Source: Thermodesulfobacteriota bacterium (GTDB lineage Bacteria; Desulfobacterota; Desulfobulbia; Desulfobulbales; SURF-16). Taken from it: 64,000 nt of DNA. Each line of letters opens with the position of its first letter. Position 1 is the first letter of the stretch. The DNA is taken from the NCBI GenBank assembly GCA_040755455.1, contig JBFMAY010000001.1, positions 256,001 through 320,000 of the forward strand, given 5' to 3'. Under the pieces are notes generated by a model. It saw nothing but the letters and a program-made list of their open reading frames with translations. It was not told the origin of the DNA and did not search any database. Position numbers and translations under genes: made by a program. Below, in pieces: positions 1 to 9,146 of this stretch.

Positions 1-2
1 GG

Positions 3-905
3 GAACATGCCCTGATCGAAAGTTCGGTCTCCAGTAACCGGCTGGAAGGGGTGGAGGTCGCCCCCCGCCGCGTCCGCAACGTGCTGGACTCCCCCAAGCC
101 CCTGTTCCGGGATCGGGATGAGGAGGAGGTGCGCGGCTATCGCGAGGCGCTCTGCCATATTCATAAAAACGCCGCAAACCTTCTTCTCTCGGAAGAGACG
201 ATTTGCCAGTTGCATCGTATGACGCGCGGCCAGATCTGGGACGCTGGCTGTTACAAGTCCAGGGATGGGGACATCATCGAACGCTATCCTGATGGCCGGG
301 AGCGGGTACGCTTCCGCACGGTGCCGGCGCTGGAGACACCGGGATACATGACAGGACTGATCACTGACTGGGGCCGCTACCTGGAAGAACGCTGGATTCA
401 CCCCCTGATCGGCATGGCGGCCTTTAATCTCGACTTTCTCTGTATCCATCCGTTTCGTGACGGCAACGGTCGTGTCTCCCGGTTGCTTCTCCTCTTGCAG
501 TGCCTGCAACAGGGCTTTGAGGTCGGCCGCTACATCAGCCTGGAGCGTTTGATCGAGCAGAACAAGGACCGTTATTACGAAACCCTGGAGCAAAGTTCGC
601 AAGGCTGGCACGAGGGTAAACACGATCCCTGGCCGTACATTAATTTCATCCTCTCCATTTTGAGAACTGCGTATCAGGAGTTCGCTGAACGGGTCGGCGA
701 TATCCAGGCGCCCAGGGGCTCCAAAACCGAGATGATCCTGGCCGCCCTGCAACGCCTGCCGCCGGAGTTTACCGTGTCCCAACTGGAACAAGCCTGTCCG
801 GGCGTCAGCCGGGAAATGCTGCGCCGCGTTCTCGGTGGGCAGAAAGGCAAGAGCGTCGAGTGCATAGGCCGGGGGCCGGGAGCTAAATGGCAAAAGAAAG
901 GGTAA
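3..905 (+). CDS. Fic family protein (5' partial; frame is open to the window edge)
   Basis: Canonical Fic motif HPFRDGNGRVSR; in-frame upstream SNRLEG fits the (S/T)xxxE(G/N) inhibitory helix; C-terminal wHTH-like tail. Confidence 0.92.
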   Translation, partial: EHALIESSVSSNRLEGVEVAPRRVRNVLDSPKPLFRDRDEEEVRGYREALCHIHKNAANLLLSEETICQLHRMTRGQIWDAGCYKSRDGDIIERYPDGRERVRFRTVPALETPGYMTGLITDWGRYLEERWIHPLIGMAAFNLDFLCIHPFRDGNGRVSRLLLLLQCLQQGFEVGRYISLERLIEQNKDRYYETLEQSSQGWHEGKHDPWPYINFILSILRTAYQEFAERVGDIQAPRGSKTEMILAALQRLPPEFTVSQLEQACPGVSREMLRRVLGGQKGKSVECIGRGPGAKWQKKG

Positions 906-914
906 CATTCCTTA

Positions 915-938
915 AAAGAGGGTAATAAAGAGGGTAAT
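915..938. repeat. 12-bp tandem direct repeat AAAGAGGGTAAT x2
   Basis: Seen at 915-926 and 927-938, with a partial copy over the fic stop codon. Confidence 0.8.
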
Positions 939-1151
939 AGCGCATGTTTGTCCGGGAATCCGGCGCATACCGAAGGGGGAAAGGGTGCCGGCTTCAAGAG
1001 GTGGCATCGCGGGCCTGGCAGCTAGCCAACGCATCAACCGGGAAAGCCGGTGATTTTAACCTTCGCCGGAAAACACAACGAATCATAAAGTTGCATTTTG
1101 CTACAACTCGATATATATTGCAGCATAAACATTCAGTCATGGAGGTGCAAA

Positions 1152-1370
1152 ATGCCTACGGCAGTTCGTATTTCAGAGGAATTGGTAAATGAAGCAAGAA
1201 AAATGAGCAAAATTGACCACCGGTCGCTGACAGGCCAAATTGAGCACTGGGCCAGAATTGGCAAGTGTGCGGAAGAAAACCCTGATTTGACCTATGATTT
1301 AATAAAAGAAATACTTCTTGGCATCGAAGAGTTAAAACAAGGTGAAAAAACTGAATACCGATTTGGTTGA
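1152..1370 (+). CDS. ParD-like antitoxin
   Basis: RBS GGAGG; sequence MPTAVRISEELV...RSLTGQIEHWARIGK..EENPDL is typical of ParD-like RHH antitoxins; lies upstream of a toxin. Confidence 0.85.
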   Translation: MPTAVRISEELVNEARKMSKIDHRSLTGQIEHWARIGKCAEENPDLTYDLIKEILLGIEELKQGEKTEYRFG

Positions 1371-1376
1371 GAGCGT

Positions 1377-1658
1377 ATGAGAATCTATCAATCGCGATCA
1401 TTTGGAAAAAAAGTCAAAAAATTCAATCAGAAAGAAAAAGACGATCTCGACAACGAGATAAAAAAAATTGCCCAAAACCTCTCAATTGGCATGGAGCCAA
1501 AAGGTGATTTGCGGGGTGTTTTTATTCACAAGTTCACAATCAAAACCAGCCTGTATCTCCTTTCATATCGTATTGTTGCAGATGGTCTGGAATTAATCAT
1601 GATTGGGGTGCATGAAAACTATTATCGTGACCTCAAATCCTATCTGAAAAACAGATAA
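1377..1658 (+). CDS. RelE/ParE family toxin
   Basis: 93 aa and basic; GxxxKGDLRGVFIHKF and HENYYRDLK motifs; 6 nt after the antitoxin. Confidence 0.85.
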   Translation: MRIYQSRSFGKKVKKFNQKEKDDLDNEIKKIAQNLSIGMEPKGDLRGVFIHKFTIKTSLYLLSYRIVADGLELIMIGVHENYYRDLKSYLKNR

Positions 1659-1778
1659 AAATGGCGAACCAGGCGATTCGCTTGCCGCCGAGAACCTTCA
1701 ATTACGCTCGTGTCGCTCAATGGGCCAAGGAGTTGTCCAGCCATTTGGCGTTAGAGCAGCAATGCATGGGAGTGCTGG

Positions 1779-2627
1779 ATGTCCCTGATTGACTATTTAT
1801 ATGTAGACGATAAACGTCTCGGGGCTTACATTGAACAGATTGGCCCCCCTGTAACTTATGACAAGGTTCCTGTGTGGAAGGCCGAGTTCGGTTTAACCGG
1901 CCCCAAGGCCGCAGCATCTCAAGAACGGCCAGGTCGAGCGATGACGCGGCATGAGATGATTGTAAAGCTTCTCCGGCATCTTGAAGAAAATAATCTTATG
2001 GACACGACGCGAGAACCTGCACGGCACCTTTGGGATGGAACTGATCGTAACGACTTTGTCTACGAAACATGCGCTGCAAGCAAAGTAATTATTCCCCCGA
2101 AACCTGATGCGCAGTTGCGAGGGCTTGTTCTCTGGATTTCAACCGCACCACCGCTACGGACACGGACGCCCGACAATAAATTGCCAGAGAAGGTTAGCGG
2201 TTCTTGCTTACGGCCAGGCATGTTGTGTCTGTTCGAAGACTTTCAAAAAGGTGACGAATCGCCTTATTCTGGATTTCACGTATCAGCTTACACTGTTTTG
2301 GAGTCAATCATCTTAGCCATTGGTGAAAATACGCAAACGCCGATCGTCTCTGATTTGTTCGTGAAACGTGGCCAAAGACACAGGCAAACCCACCGGTTGG
2401 AAGTTTGGGATCAAGCGGCCCTATACATGGAAGAATTTGTGAAGGACCCGGTCGCAATGCTCGAAAACACCGGTTGCCGAGCAGCAAGACCCAGGAACAT
2501 ACGGGTCCTCTATCGAATTCGCGAGTTCGGCCCAGAAGCAGGTGAGTATGAGCAGAGTGTCTCAAGGGGTGTCAATCCGAGTACAAGTGTGTTTGGTTAT
2601 CCTATTTTCATTGCCGCTGAAAGGTGA
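1779..2627 (+). CDS. hypothetical protein
   Basis: 282-aa ORF, lower GC than flanks, no recognised motif. Confidence 0.65.
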   Translation: MSLIDYLYVDDKRLGAYIEQIGPPVTYDKVPVWKAEFGLTGPKAAASQERPGRAMTRHEMIVKLLRHLEENNLMDTTREPARHLWDGTDRNDFVYETCAASKVIIPPKPDAQLRGLVLWISTAPPLRTRTPDNKLPEKVSGSCLRPGMLCLFEDFQKGDESPYSGFHVSAYTVLESIILAIGENTQTPIVSDLFVKRGQRHRQTHRLEVWDQAALYMEEFVKDPVAMLENTGCRAARPRNIRVLYRIREFGPEAGEYEQSVSRGVNPSTSVFGYPIFIAAER

Positions 2628-2735
2628 AATTTGATTAAAGGCCGGTAAGGCGAGCATTAAGGCATTACGGTAAAAAAAATACTGAGCTGAAATAGTGCAA
2701 TGACGCCCCAACCCCTGAACCCTTATTAATCCCCC

Positions 2736-3446
2736 ATGAAAAACAAACTCACCATTGATATCCTGCCGCAGCCGGACGACACCACCTGCGGCCCCACCTG
2801 TCTGCATGCCGTTTACCGCTATTTTGATGATGTGGTGCCCATCGAACAGGTGGTCAGCGAGGTGACCCATCTGGAAACCGGCGGCACCCTGGCGGTTTTT
2901 CTCGCCTGCCATGCCCTGCGGCGCGGTTACTCGGCCACCATATTCACTTATAACCTGCATTTTTTTGATCCCTCCTGGTTTCATCCCCCGGCCCTGAATC
3001 TGCGGGACAAACTCCTTGCCCAGGCCGCATTCAAAAAGGATAATGCCCGGCTGCAGGTCGCCACCCGGGCCTATCTTGATTTTCTCGATCTGGGCGGCAA
3101 GATCTATTTCGAGGATCTGACCCGCACCCTTATCCGCTGGTATCTCCGGCGGTCCGTGCCGATCATCACCGGGCTCAGCTCTACCTATCTGTACCAGGGC
3201 ATGCGGGAATACGGGATCAACGGGGATGAGGATGATGTGCGGGGCGAGCCGGCCGGCCATTTTGTCGTGCTGAGCGGCTATGACAAGGAGGCTCGCACCG
3301 TGTGTGTCGCCGACCCCTACCAACAGAATCCGGTTGCGGGAGAGCAGGACTATGCGGTAAACATTGACCGGGTCCTCTGCGCCATCCTGCTCGGAGTGCT
3401 CTCCCATGACGCCAATTTTCTCATCATTCAACCAAGGAAGAAATGA
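2736..3446 (+). CDS. C39-like papain-fold peptidase
   Basis: QPDDTTCGPTCL (oxyanion Q, catalytic C), GHFVVLSGYD (H), ADP (D). Confidence 0.85.
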   Translation: MKNKLTIDILPQPDDTTCGPTCLHAVYRYFDDVVPIEQVVSEVTHLETGGTLAVFLACHALRRGYSATIFTYNLHFFDPSWFHPPALNLRDKLLAQAAFKKDNARLQVATRAYLDFLDLGGKIYFEDLTRTLIRWYLRRSVPIITGLSSTYLYQGMREYGINGDEDDVRGEPAGHFVVLSGYDKEARTVCVADPYQQNPVAGEQDYAVNIDRVLCAILLGVLSHDANFLIIQPRKK

Positions 3447-3459
3447 AGGAAGTTCACGC

Positions 3460-4941
3460 ATGCAGACGCTGATTGTCGTCAACGATCCCAAGGACTGGCC
3501 GCTGGCCATCGAGGGCATTGAACTGGTGGCGGCCCGGGCCTATCTGACCGATCCCCATTATGCCAAACTGGGCAAGGCCACGGTCTTCAACCTCTGCCGT
3601 TATTACCGCTACCAGAGCATCGGCTACTATGTCTCGCTGCTGGCCGCGGCCCGGGGCCATAAGCCGCTGCCCGACATCACCACCATCCAGGACCTGAAAA
3701 GCCAGACCATCATCCGCATCGCCTCCGACGAGCTGGACCAGTACATCCAGAAGAGCCTGGCCCATATCCGTTCCAAGGAGTTCGTGCTCAGCATCTATTT
3801 CGGCCATAACGTGGCAAAACAGCACGACAACCTGAGCCAGCATCTGTTCCACCAGTTCCAGTGCCCCTTTCTGCGGGCCGTTTTCGTCTATAATGATAAG
3901 AATGAGAAGTGGTTTCTGCAGAACATCAACCCCATCCCGGCCAGTGAAATTCCGCCGGAACACCGGCCCTTCGTGGTGGAGGTGGCCCAGGGCTATTTCA
4001 TGGGACGTCGGCGGATCGTCAAACGGCGCAGCCACTACCGCTACGACCTGGCCATCCTGCATGATCCCAAGGACCCGGAACCGCCTTCCAACACCCGGGC
4101 CCTGCAGCATTTCAGCCATGCGGCGGAATCCCTGGGCATGAACACCGAGCTGATCACCAGGGAGGACTACGGCAGCCTGACGGAGTATGACGCCCTGTTC
4201 ATCCGCGAGACCACCAGCGTCAACCACCATACCTACCGGTTTTCGCGGCGGGCGGCGGCCAAGAAACTGGTGGTAATCGACGATCCGGAATCGATCCTCA
4301 AATGCACCAACAAGGTCTTTCTGGCCGAACTCTTTGAGAAACACCACGTGCTGGCCCCGAAAACCGTCATCGTCCACAAGGACAACGCCAGGGAGGTGGT
4401 TGAGCAGCTCGGCCTGCCGTGCATTCTCAAACAGCCTGATTCCTCCTTTTCCCAGGGGGTGAAGAAGGTGGACACCGTCGATGAACTGCGGCAGCAGGTG
4501 GGCCGCTTCCTGGAAAGATCGGAACTGATCATCGCCCAGGAATTCCTGCCCACCGAGTTCGACTGGCGGGTGGGCATCTTTGACCGGCAGCCCATTTACG
4601 TGTGCAAGTATTTCATGGCCGAAAAACACTGGCAGATCATCAAGCGGGACGCCAGCGGCAACAAGACCGATGACGGCCTGTTCACCACCATCCCGGTGGA
4701 GCACGCCCCGGACCAGCTCATCCGCACGGCGCTCAAGGCGGCCAATCTCATCGGCGACGGCCTGTACGGGGTGGATATCAAGCAGATCGGCAAGAAGTTT
4801 TATCTCATTGAAATCAACGACAATCCAAATCTCGATGCAGGCGTCGAGGATGCGATCCTGCGGGATGAGTTCTATCTGCGCATCATGCGCGTTTTTCTGC
4901 GCCGCATCGAACATAAGAATGAACGGGGGCAGACATGGTAA
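3460..4941 (+). CDS. RimK family ATP-grasp ligase with N-terminal RLAN-type domain
   Basis: NLCRYYRYQSIGYYVSLLAAARGH N-domain; ILKQPDSSFSQGV, QEFLPTEFDWRVG, GLYGVDIKQ, IEINDNPN ATP-grasp motifs. Confidence 0.9.
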   Translation: MQTLIVVNDPKDWPLAIEGIELVAARAYLTDPHYAKLGKATVFNLCRYYRYQSIGYYVSLLAAARGHKPLPDITTIQDLKSQTIIRIASDELDQYIQKSLAHIRSKEFVLSIYFGHNVAKQHDNLSQHLFHQFQCPFLRAVFVYNDKNEKWFLQNINPIPASEIPPEHRPFVVEVAQGYFMGRRRIVKRRSHYRYDLAILHDPKDPEPPSNTRALQHFSHAAESLGMNTELITREDYGSLTEYDALFIRETTSVNHHTYRFSRRAAAKKLVVIDDPESILKCTNKVFLAELFEKHHVLAPKTVIVHKDNAREVVEQLGLPCILKQPDSSFSQGVKKVDTVDELRQQVGRFLERSELIIAQEFLPTEFDWRVGIFDRQPIYVCKYFMAEKHWQIIKRDASGNKTDDGLFTTIPVEHAPDQLIRTALKAANLIGDGLYGVDIKQIGKKFYLIEINDNPNLDAGVEDAILRDEFYLRIMRVFLRRIEHKNERGQTW

Positions 4942-6167
4942 GGAAGGCAACGCCGCATATCTTTGCGGGCTTCGGTGTCGAGCTGGAGTATATGATCGTT
5001 CGTCAAGACAGTCTCGACATCATGCCGGCCGCCGATGAGCTGCTGCTGGCCGCCGCGGGCAGGGTGCAGAATGAGGTGGAGCTGGAGGACATGGCCTGGT
5101 CCAACGAGCTGGCCCTGCACGTGGTGGAGCTCAAAACCAACGGGCCGGTGGCTTCGCTTGCCGGCGTGGCCGGCCGCTTCCAGGAGCACATCGGCCGGGT
5201 GAACAGCCTGCTCGCAGGTATCGGGGCGCGGCTCATGCCCACGGCCATGCATCCGTGGATGGACCCGCACCGGGAGACCAGGCTGTGGCCCCACGGCAGC
5301 CGGGTCATCTACGAGGCATACAACCGCATCTTCGGCTGCCAGGGGCACGGCTGGTCCAATGTCCAGTCCACCCATCTCAACCTGGCCTTTAACGGGGACG
5401 ACGAGTTCGGCCGGCTGCATGCGGCAATCCGCCTGCTGCTGCCCGTGCTGCCGGCACTCGCCGCAAGTTCCCCGCTGGCGGACGGCGGGCCGAGCGGCCT
5501 GCTCGATACCCGGCTGGAATATTACCGCGCCAACCAGCAGCGCGTTCCCTCCATAACCGGGGCGGTGATTCCGGAGCAGGCCTATACCAGAAAGGACTAT
5601 GAGGAGATGATTCTCAGCCGCAACTACGAGGATATCGCCCCCTTTGATCCGGACGGCATTCTGCAGTTTGAGTGGCTCAACTCCCGCGGCGCCATTGCCC
5701 GTTTTGACCGGTCGGCCATCGAGATCCGCCTGCTCGATATCCAGGAATGCCCTAGGGCTGATCTGGCGGTGGCCTCGGCCATTGTCGCGGCGCTGCGGGC
5801 TCTGGTGGCGGAGCGCTGGCAGCCGTTTGCCGCCCAGGCCGCCGTTGCCGTGGCCCCCCTGGCCGGGCTGTTCACCTCCAGCATCCGCGAGGCGGACCGC
5901 ACGGTTATTGCTGACCGCGGCTATCTTGATCTTTTCGGCATGCAGGAGGACAAGATGACCGCCGGCGAATTCTGGCAGGCCCTGGTGGAAAAAACCATGG
6001 AGCCGGATGACCCGTACCGGCCCGCCCTGGATGTTATTTTAAGCCATGGCCCCCTTGGCCGGCGGATATTGAAGGCGGTGGACCGCGACTTTGCGCGGGA
6101 AAAGCTGCAGGAGGTTTACGGCCGGCTCTGTTCCTGCCTGGCCGCGGGCGAGATGTTTATCGCCTGA
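4935..6167 (+). CDS. glutamate-cysteine ligase family 2 (GCS2) carboxylate-amine ligase
   Basis: GVELEYMIV, SNELALHVVELKT, AMHPW, QSTHLN, ASSP, IEIRLLD motifs; overlaps the RimK stop. Confidence 0.88.
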   Translation: MVRKATPHIFAGFGVELEYMIVRQDSLDIMPAADELLLAAAGRVQNEVELEDMAWSNELALHVVELKTNGPVASLAGVAGRFQEHIGRVNSLLAGIGARLMPTAMHPWMDPHRETRLWPHGSRVIYEAYNRIFGCQGHGWSNVQSTHLNLAFNGDDEFGRLHAAIRLLLPVLPALAASSPLADGGPSGLLDTRLEYYRANQQRVPSITGAVIPEQAYTRKDYEEMILSRNYEDIAPFDPDGILQFEWLNSRGAIARFDRSAIEIRLLDIQECPRADLAVASAIVAALRALVAERWQPFAAQAAVAVAPLAGLFTSSIREADRTVIADRGYLDLFGMQEDKMTAGEFWQALVEKTMEPDDPYRPALDVILSHGPLGRRILKAVDRDFAREKLQEVYGRLCSCLAAGEMFIA

Positions 6168-6199
6168 ACCGCAGGCAGGTCGCATGGAGGAAAAAACAC

Positions 6200-8953
6200 A
6201 TGACAAAGCGGAAAAAATCCACTCCCTTTCTTACCCCTTTTCTTTTTCTCCTCTGCTTTGCCCTGTTCATCCCGCAGGCCCGGGCCCAGGATGTGGAAAA
6301 CTACACCTATAGGCTGAGCCAGTCCACGGCGGATTATGCCCTGTGGACAACTCCGCCCTCCGAGCGGGTCTTTAAGGACGCCGTGGTGCCGGGTGACAGC
6401 GGCGCAAGGGTGCTGGTCTATGCGGCCGCCAATGAATTCGAGCCTTTTCAGCTGGTGGTGCGGCCCGCGGCCTCCGGCAGCGTCACGGTTGATATCGGTG
6501 ATTTCGGGGCCGGGATAGAGACCGAGATCCACCAGGTGAAATACGTGTACATCAGTCAGGTTTCCGACAACCTGGGCCGGACCGGCGATTACCCCGATCC
6601 GCTGTGGCCCCTGGAAAAAGGCGCATCGGTGAATGTCACCGCCGGCGAGAACACGGCTTTGTGGTTCAGCGTCCGGGTGCCGGAGGGCGTCCCGGCGGGT
6701 GATTACACCACCAATGCGGTTATCGGCGGGGTGGCGGTTCCGGTCACCCTGCATGTTTTCAATTTTGCCGTGCCGGCCGAGCTGCACGTCAAGTCGCAGA
6801 TGAATGTCAGCCACAGCGCAATTCTGGACAAATACGGGGTGGTTGGCACGGGCAGCGAGTACTGGCGGTATGTCGAGGCCATCAAGCAGTATTTCATCGA
6901 TCACCGGCTGACGCCGAAAGGCGTGCTGTGGTCGGGCGGCCTGACCACCAGCGGCGCGGCCCCCTATATCGCTTACGATTGCGCGGGCGGCCTGTCCGAC
7001 CCATACGGCGTCTGGGGTTTTGAGGAGCCGGCCGCCAGGTATCTGCAGGGAAGCGGCCTCATGTCCGGGCTGTTTGCCAGTCGTTTCAACGGCGGCACGG
7101 GCTTTCCCTCCTTCATGTCCGCCACCTTTCAGAACAACGATTCCTCAGCCGACCAGCGGCCGGCAACCTTCTGCGGCGTCACCCGGACCAGCGGCGACTG
7201 GTATGTCTACGATAATCCCGCTTCCAGCTATAATCAGCAGTGGTTTGCCTACATCAAGGCGCTGCAGAACTATCTGGACGGGCTGGGCTATCTGGACCGG
7301 GCCTACTATTACTTTGCCAATGAACCCCAGGATCAGGCCGACTACGACGCGGTGGCCTGGTATTCCCGCTATCTCAACAGCGCGGCACCCGGCCTCAAGC
7401 TGATGGTGTCCGAGGAGCCCAAGCCCGAGATCTTCGGGCATGATGATTATGTCAGCGACGGCCAGATCGATATCTGGCTGCCGGTGCTGAACCTGTATGA
7501 CCCGGTGGTTTCCCACGAGCGGCAGATAAACCACGGGGAAGAGACGTGGGTCTATTTTCTGAGCAGCACCCGGCCACCCTATTTCAACCCCATTACCCTT
7601 GACCATCCGGGCATCGAAAGTAAGTTCACCGGCTGGCTGCTCTGGAAATACCGCATGCAGGGTATCGCCTATTACGCGGTGAACAGCTGGAGCCAGAACC
7701 CGTGGACCGATCCCATGGCCTATGACCACAACGGCGAACTCTTCCTGCTCTATCCGCCTTCCGAAAGCAATACCCCCATTGCCTATGGGGCGAACAACCA
7801 CCGTTTTGTCCCCTCCATCCGTTTTGAGCTGATGCGGGACAGCCTGGAGGATTACGAATATCTCCGGGTGTTGAATAACCATGCCGGCCCGCAGGTTGAT
7901 GTGGCCAATCCGGCCGACATCCAGGCGGACAGGATCATCACCGGGCTGACCAGCTATACCCGGGACAGCGGCTTCATGTATAACCTGCGGCGGCTGATCG
8001 GGCTCAAAAACGGCGGCGAGATTGCCGAGATCCCTGATATCAGCCCGCCGGTCACCCATCCCCGCTCGCTGGGCCCGCCGGGGGACTACTACCTCAATTT
8101 CCAGGACCCCACGGCCGGCCCCACGGCCGATCCCCTGGTGGTGGATGGCCGGGAGTACATGAAAATCGGCTGGAATGATTACGACAGCGTCGCGGGTTAC
8201 GGCTGGTACGGCGATACGGCCCACGTCATGTACCAATATCTCGCCACCGCGCCCAACGAGCTGCAGAAGAGCATCATCTATGACGACTGGGGCAGGCTGC
8301 ACACCTTTGACTTTGACCTGCCCAACGGCACTTACAGGGTGACGGTGTCGGTGGGCTGGTATGGCCGAACCTACAGCCATCACAAAATTGATATCGAAGG
8401 GGTGAGCTTTGTTGATGACGAGGCCACCACGCCGGACGCGCCCTATCTGCTCCGCACCAGGGAAATCACGGTCGCTGACAATAAGCTGAGCATGGAAATG
8501 GGCATATTCGATCAGTACACCATGCTCAATTACCTCGACATCGAAGCGGTTGTCCCGGCCAGGTGGCTGCTGACGGTGAGCAGGGCAGGGGACGGCGAGG
8601 GCACGGTTACCGGCAGCCCGGCCGGCATTGACTGCGGCTCCCAATGCCTGGCGGAATATGACGAGGGCACCCTGGTGGAGCTTGCGGCCACGGCGGAAGA
8701 CGGCTCGGTTTTCATCGGCTGGTCCGGGGACTGCAGCGGCACAGACCCCTGCCGGGTGACCATGGATGCGCCGCGGTCGGTAACCGCAAGCTTCATCATT
8801 TATTCCGCCGACATGGCGGGCGACGGCGATGTTGACGGTCTTGACCTGGCGGCCTTTGCCGCGGATCTGGCCAACAACATCACCCTGCTGCAGGTCGAGC
8901 AGTTTGCCGGGTCATTCGGCAGTGTGGCCGCAACGGACAGCGGGGCGTTCTGA
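6200..8953 (+). CDS. secreted DUF4091/GH123-like glycoside hydrolase with beta-sandwich, InlB-B-like repeat and dockerin-like C-terminus
   Basis: Signal peptide (AQA-type site); NEFEPFQLVV, YPDPLWP, PSIRFELMRDSLEDYEY; GTVTGSPAGIDCG...FIGWSGDC repeat; DMAGDGDVDGLDLAAF. Confidence 0.7.
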   Translation: MTKRKKSTPFLTPFLFLLCFALFIPQARAQDVENYTYRLSQSTADYALWTTPPSERVFKDAVVPGDSGARVLVYAAANEFEPFQLVVRPAASGSVTVDIGDFGAGIETEIHQVKYVYISQVSDNLGRTGDYPDPLWPLEKGASVNVTAGENTALWFSVRVPEGVPAGDYTTNAVIGGVAVPVTLHVFNFAVPAELHVKSQMNVSHSAILDKYGVVGTGSEYWRYVEAIKQYFIDHRLTPKGVLWSGGLTTSGAAPYIAYDCAGGLSDPYGVWGFEEPAARYLQGSGLMSGLFASRFNGGTGFPSFMSATFQNNDSSADQRPATFCGVTRTSGDWYVYDNPASSYNQQWFAYIKALQNYLDGLGYLDRAYYYFANEPQDQADYDAVAWYSRYLNSAAPGLKLMVSEEPKPEIFGHDDYVSDGQIDIWLPVLNLYDPVVSHERQINHGEETWVYFLSSTRPPYFNPITLDHPGIESKFTGWLLWKYRMQGIAYYAVNSWSQNPWTDPMAYDHNGELFLLYPPSESNTPIAYGANNHRFVPSIRFELMRDSLEDYEYLRVLNNHAGPQVDVANPADIQADRIITGLTSYTRDSGFMYNLRRLIGLKNGGEIAEIPDISPPVTHPRSLGPPGDYYLNFQDPTAGPTADPLVVDGREYMKIGWNDYDSVAGYGWYGDTAHVMYQYLATAPNELQKSIIYDDWGRLHTFDFDLPNGTYRVTVSVGWYGRTYSHHKIDIEGVSFVDDEATTPDAPYLLRTREITVADNKLSMEMGIFDQYTMLNYLDIEAVVPARWLLTVSRAGDGEGTVTGSPAGIDCGSQCLAEYDEGTLVELAATAEDGSVFIGWSGDCSGTDPCRVTMDAPRSVTASFIIYSADMAGDGDVDGLDLAAFAADLANNITLLQVEQFAGSFGSVAATDSGAF

Positions 8954-9146
8954 AAGGAGATCCGCATGTTCCCCATGGCTGCCGCCGGCATTGCGCAACC
9001 AATGGAAATAAAAAAATAAAACGAAGATTGACAACCCGGCGGAACAGATGCTAAGCAAGCGGCTGCGCAGGGCCCCCTGTGGCGCGCCGGTGATCGGTTT
9101 GTCAATTTGGCCGCAACAATCAAAAATGAAGAGTGGAGGTGCTGTG

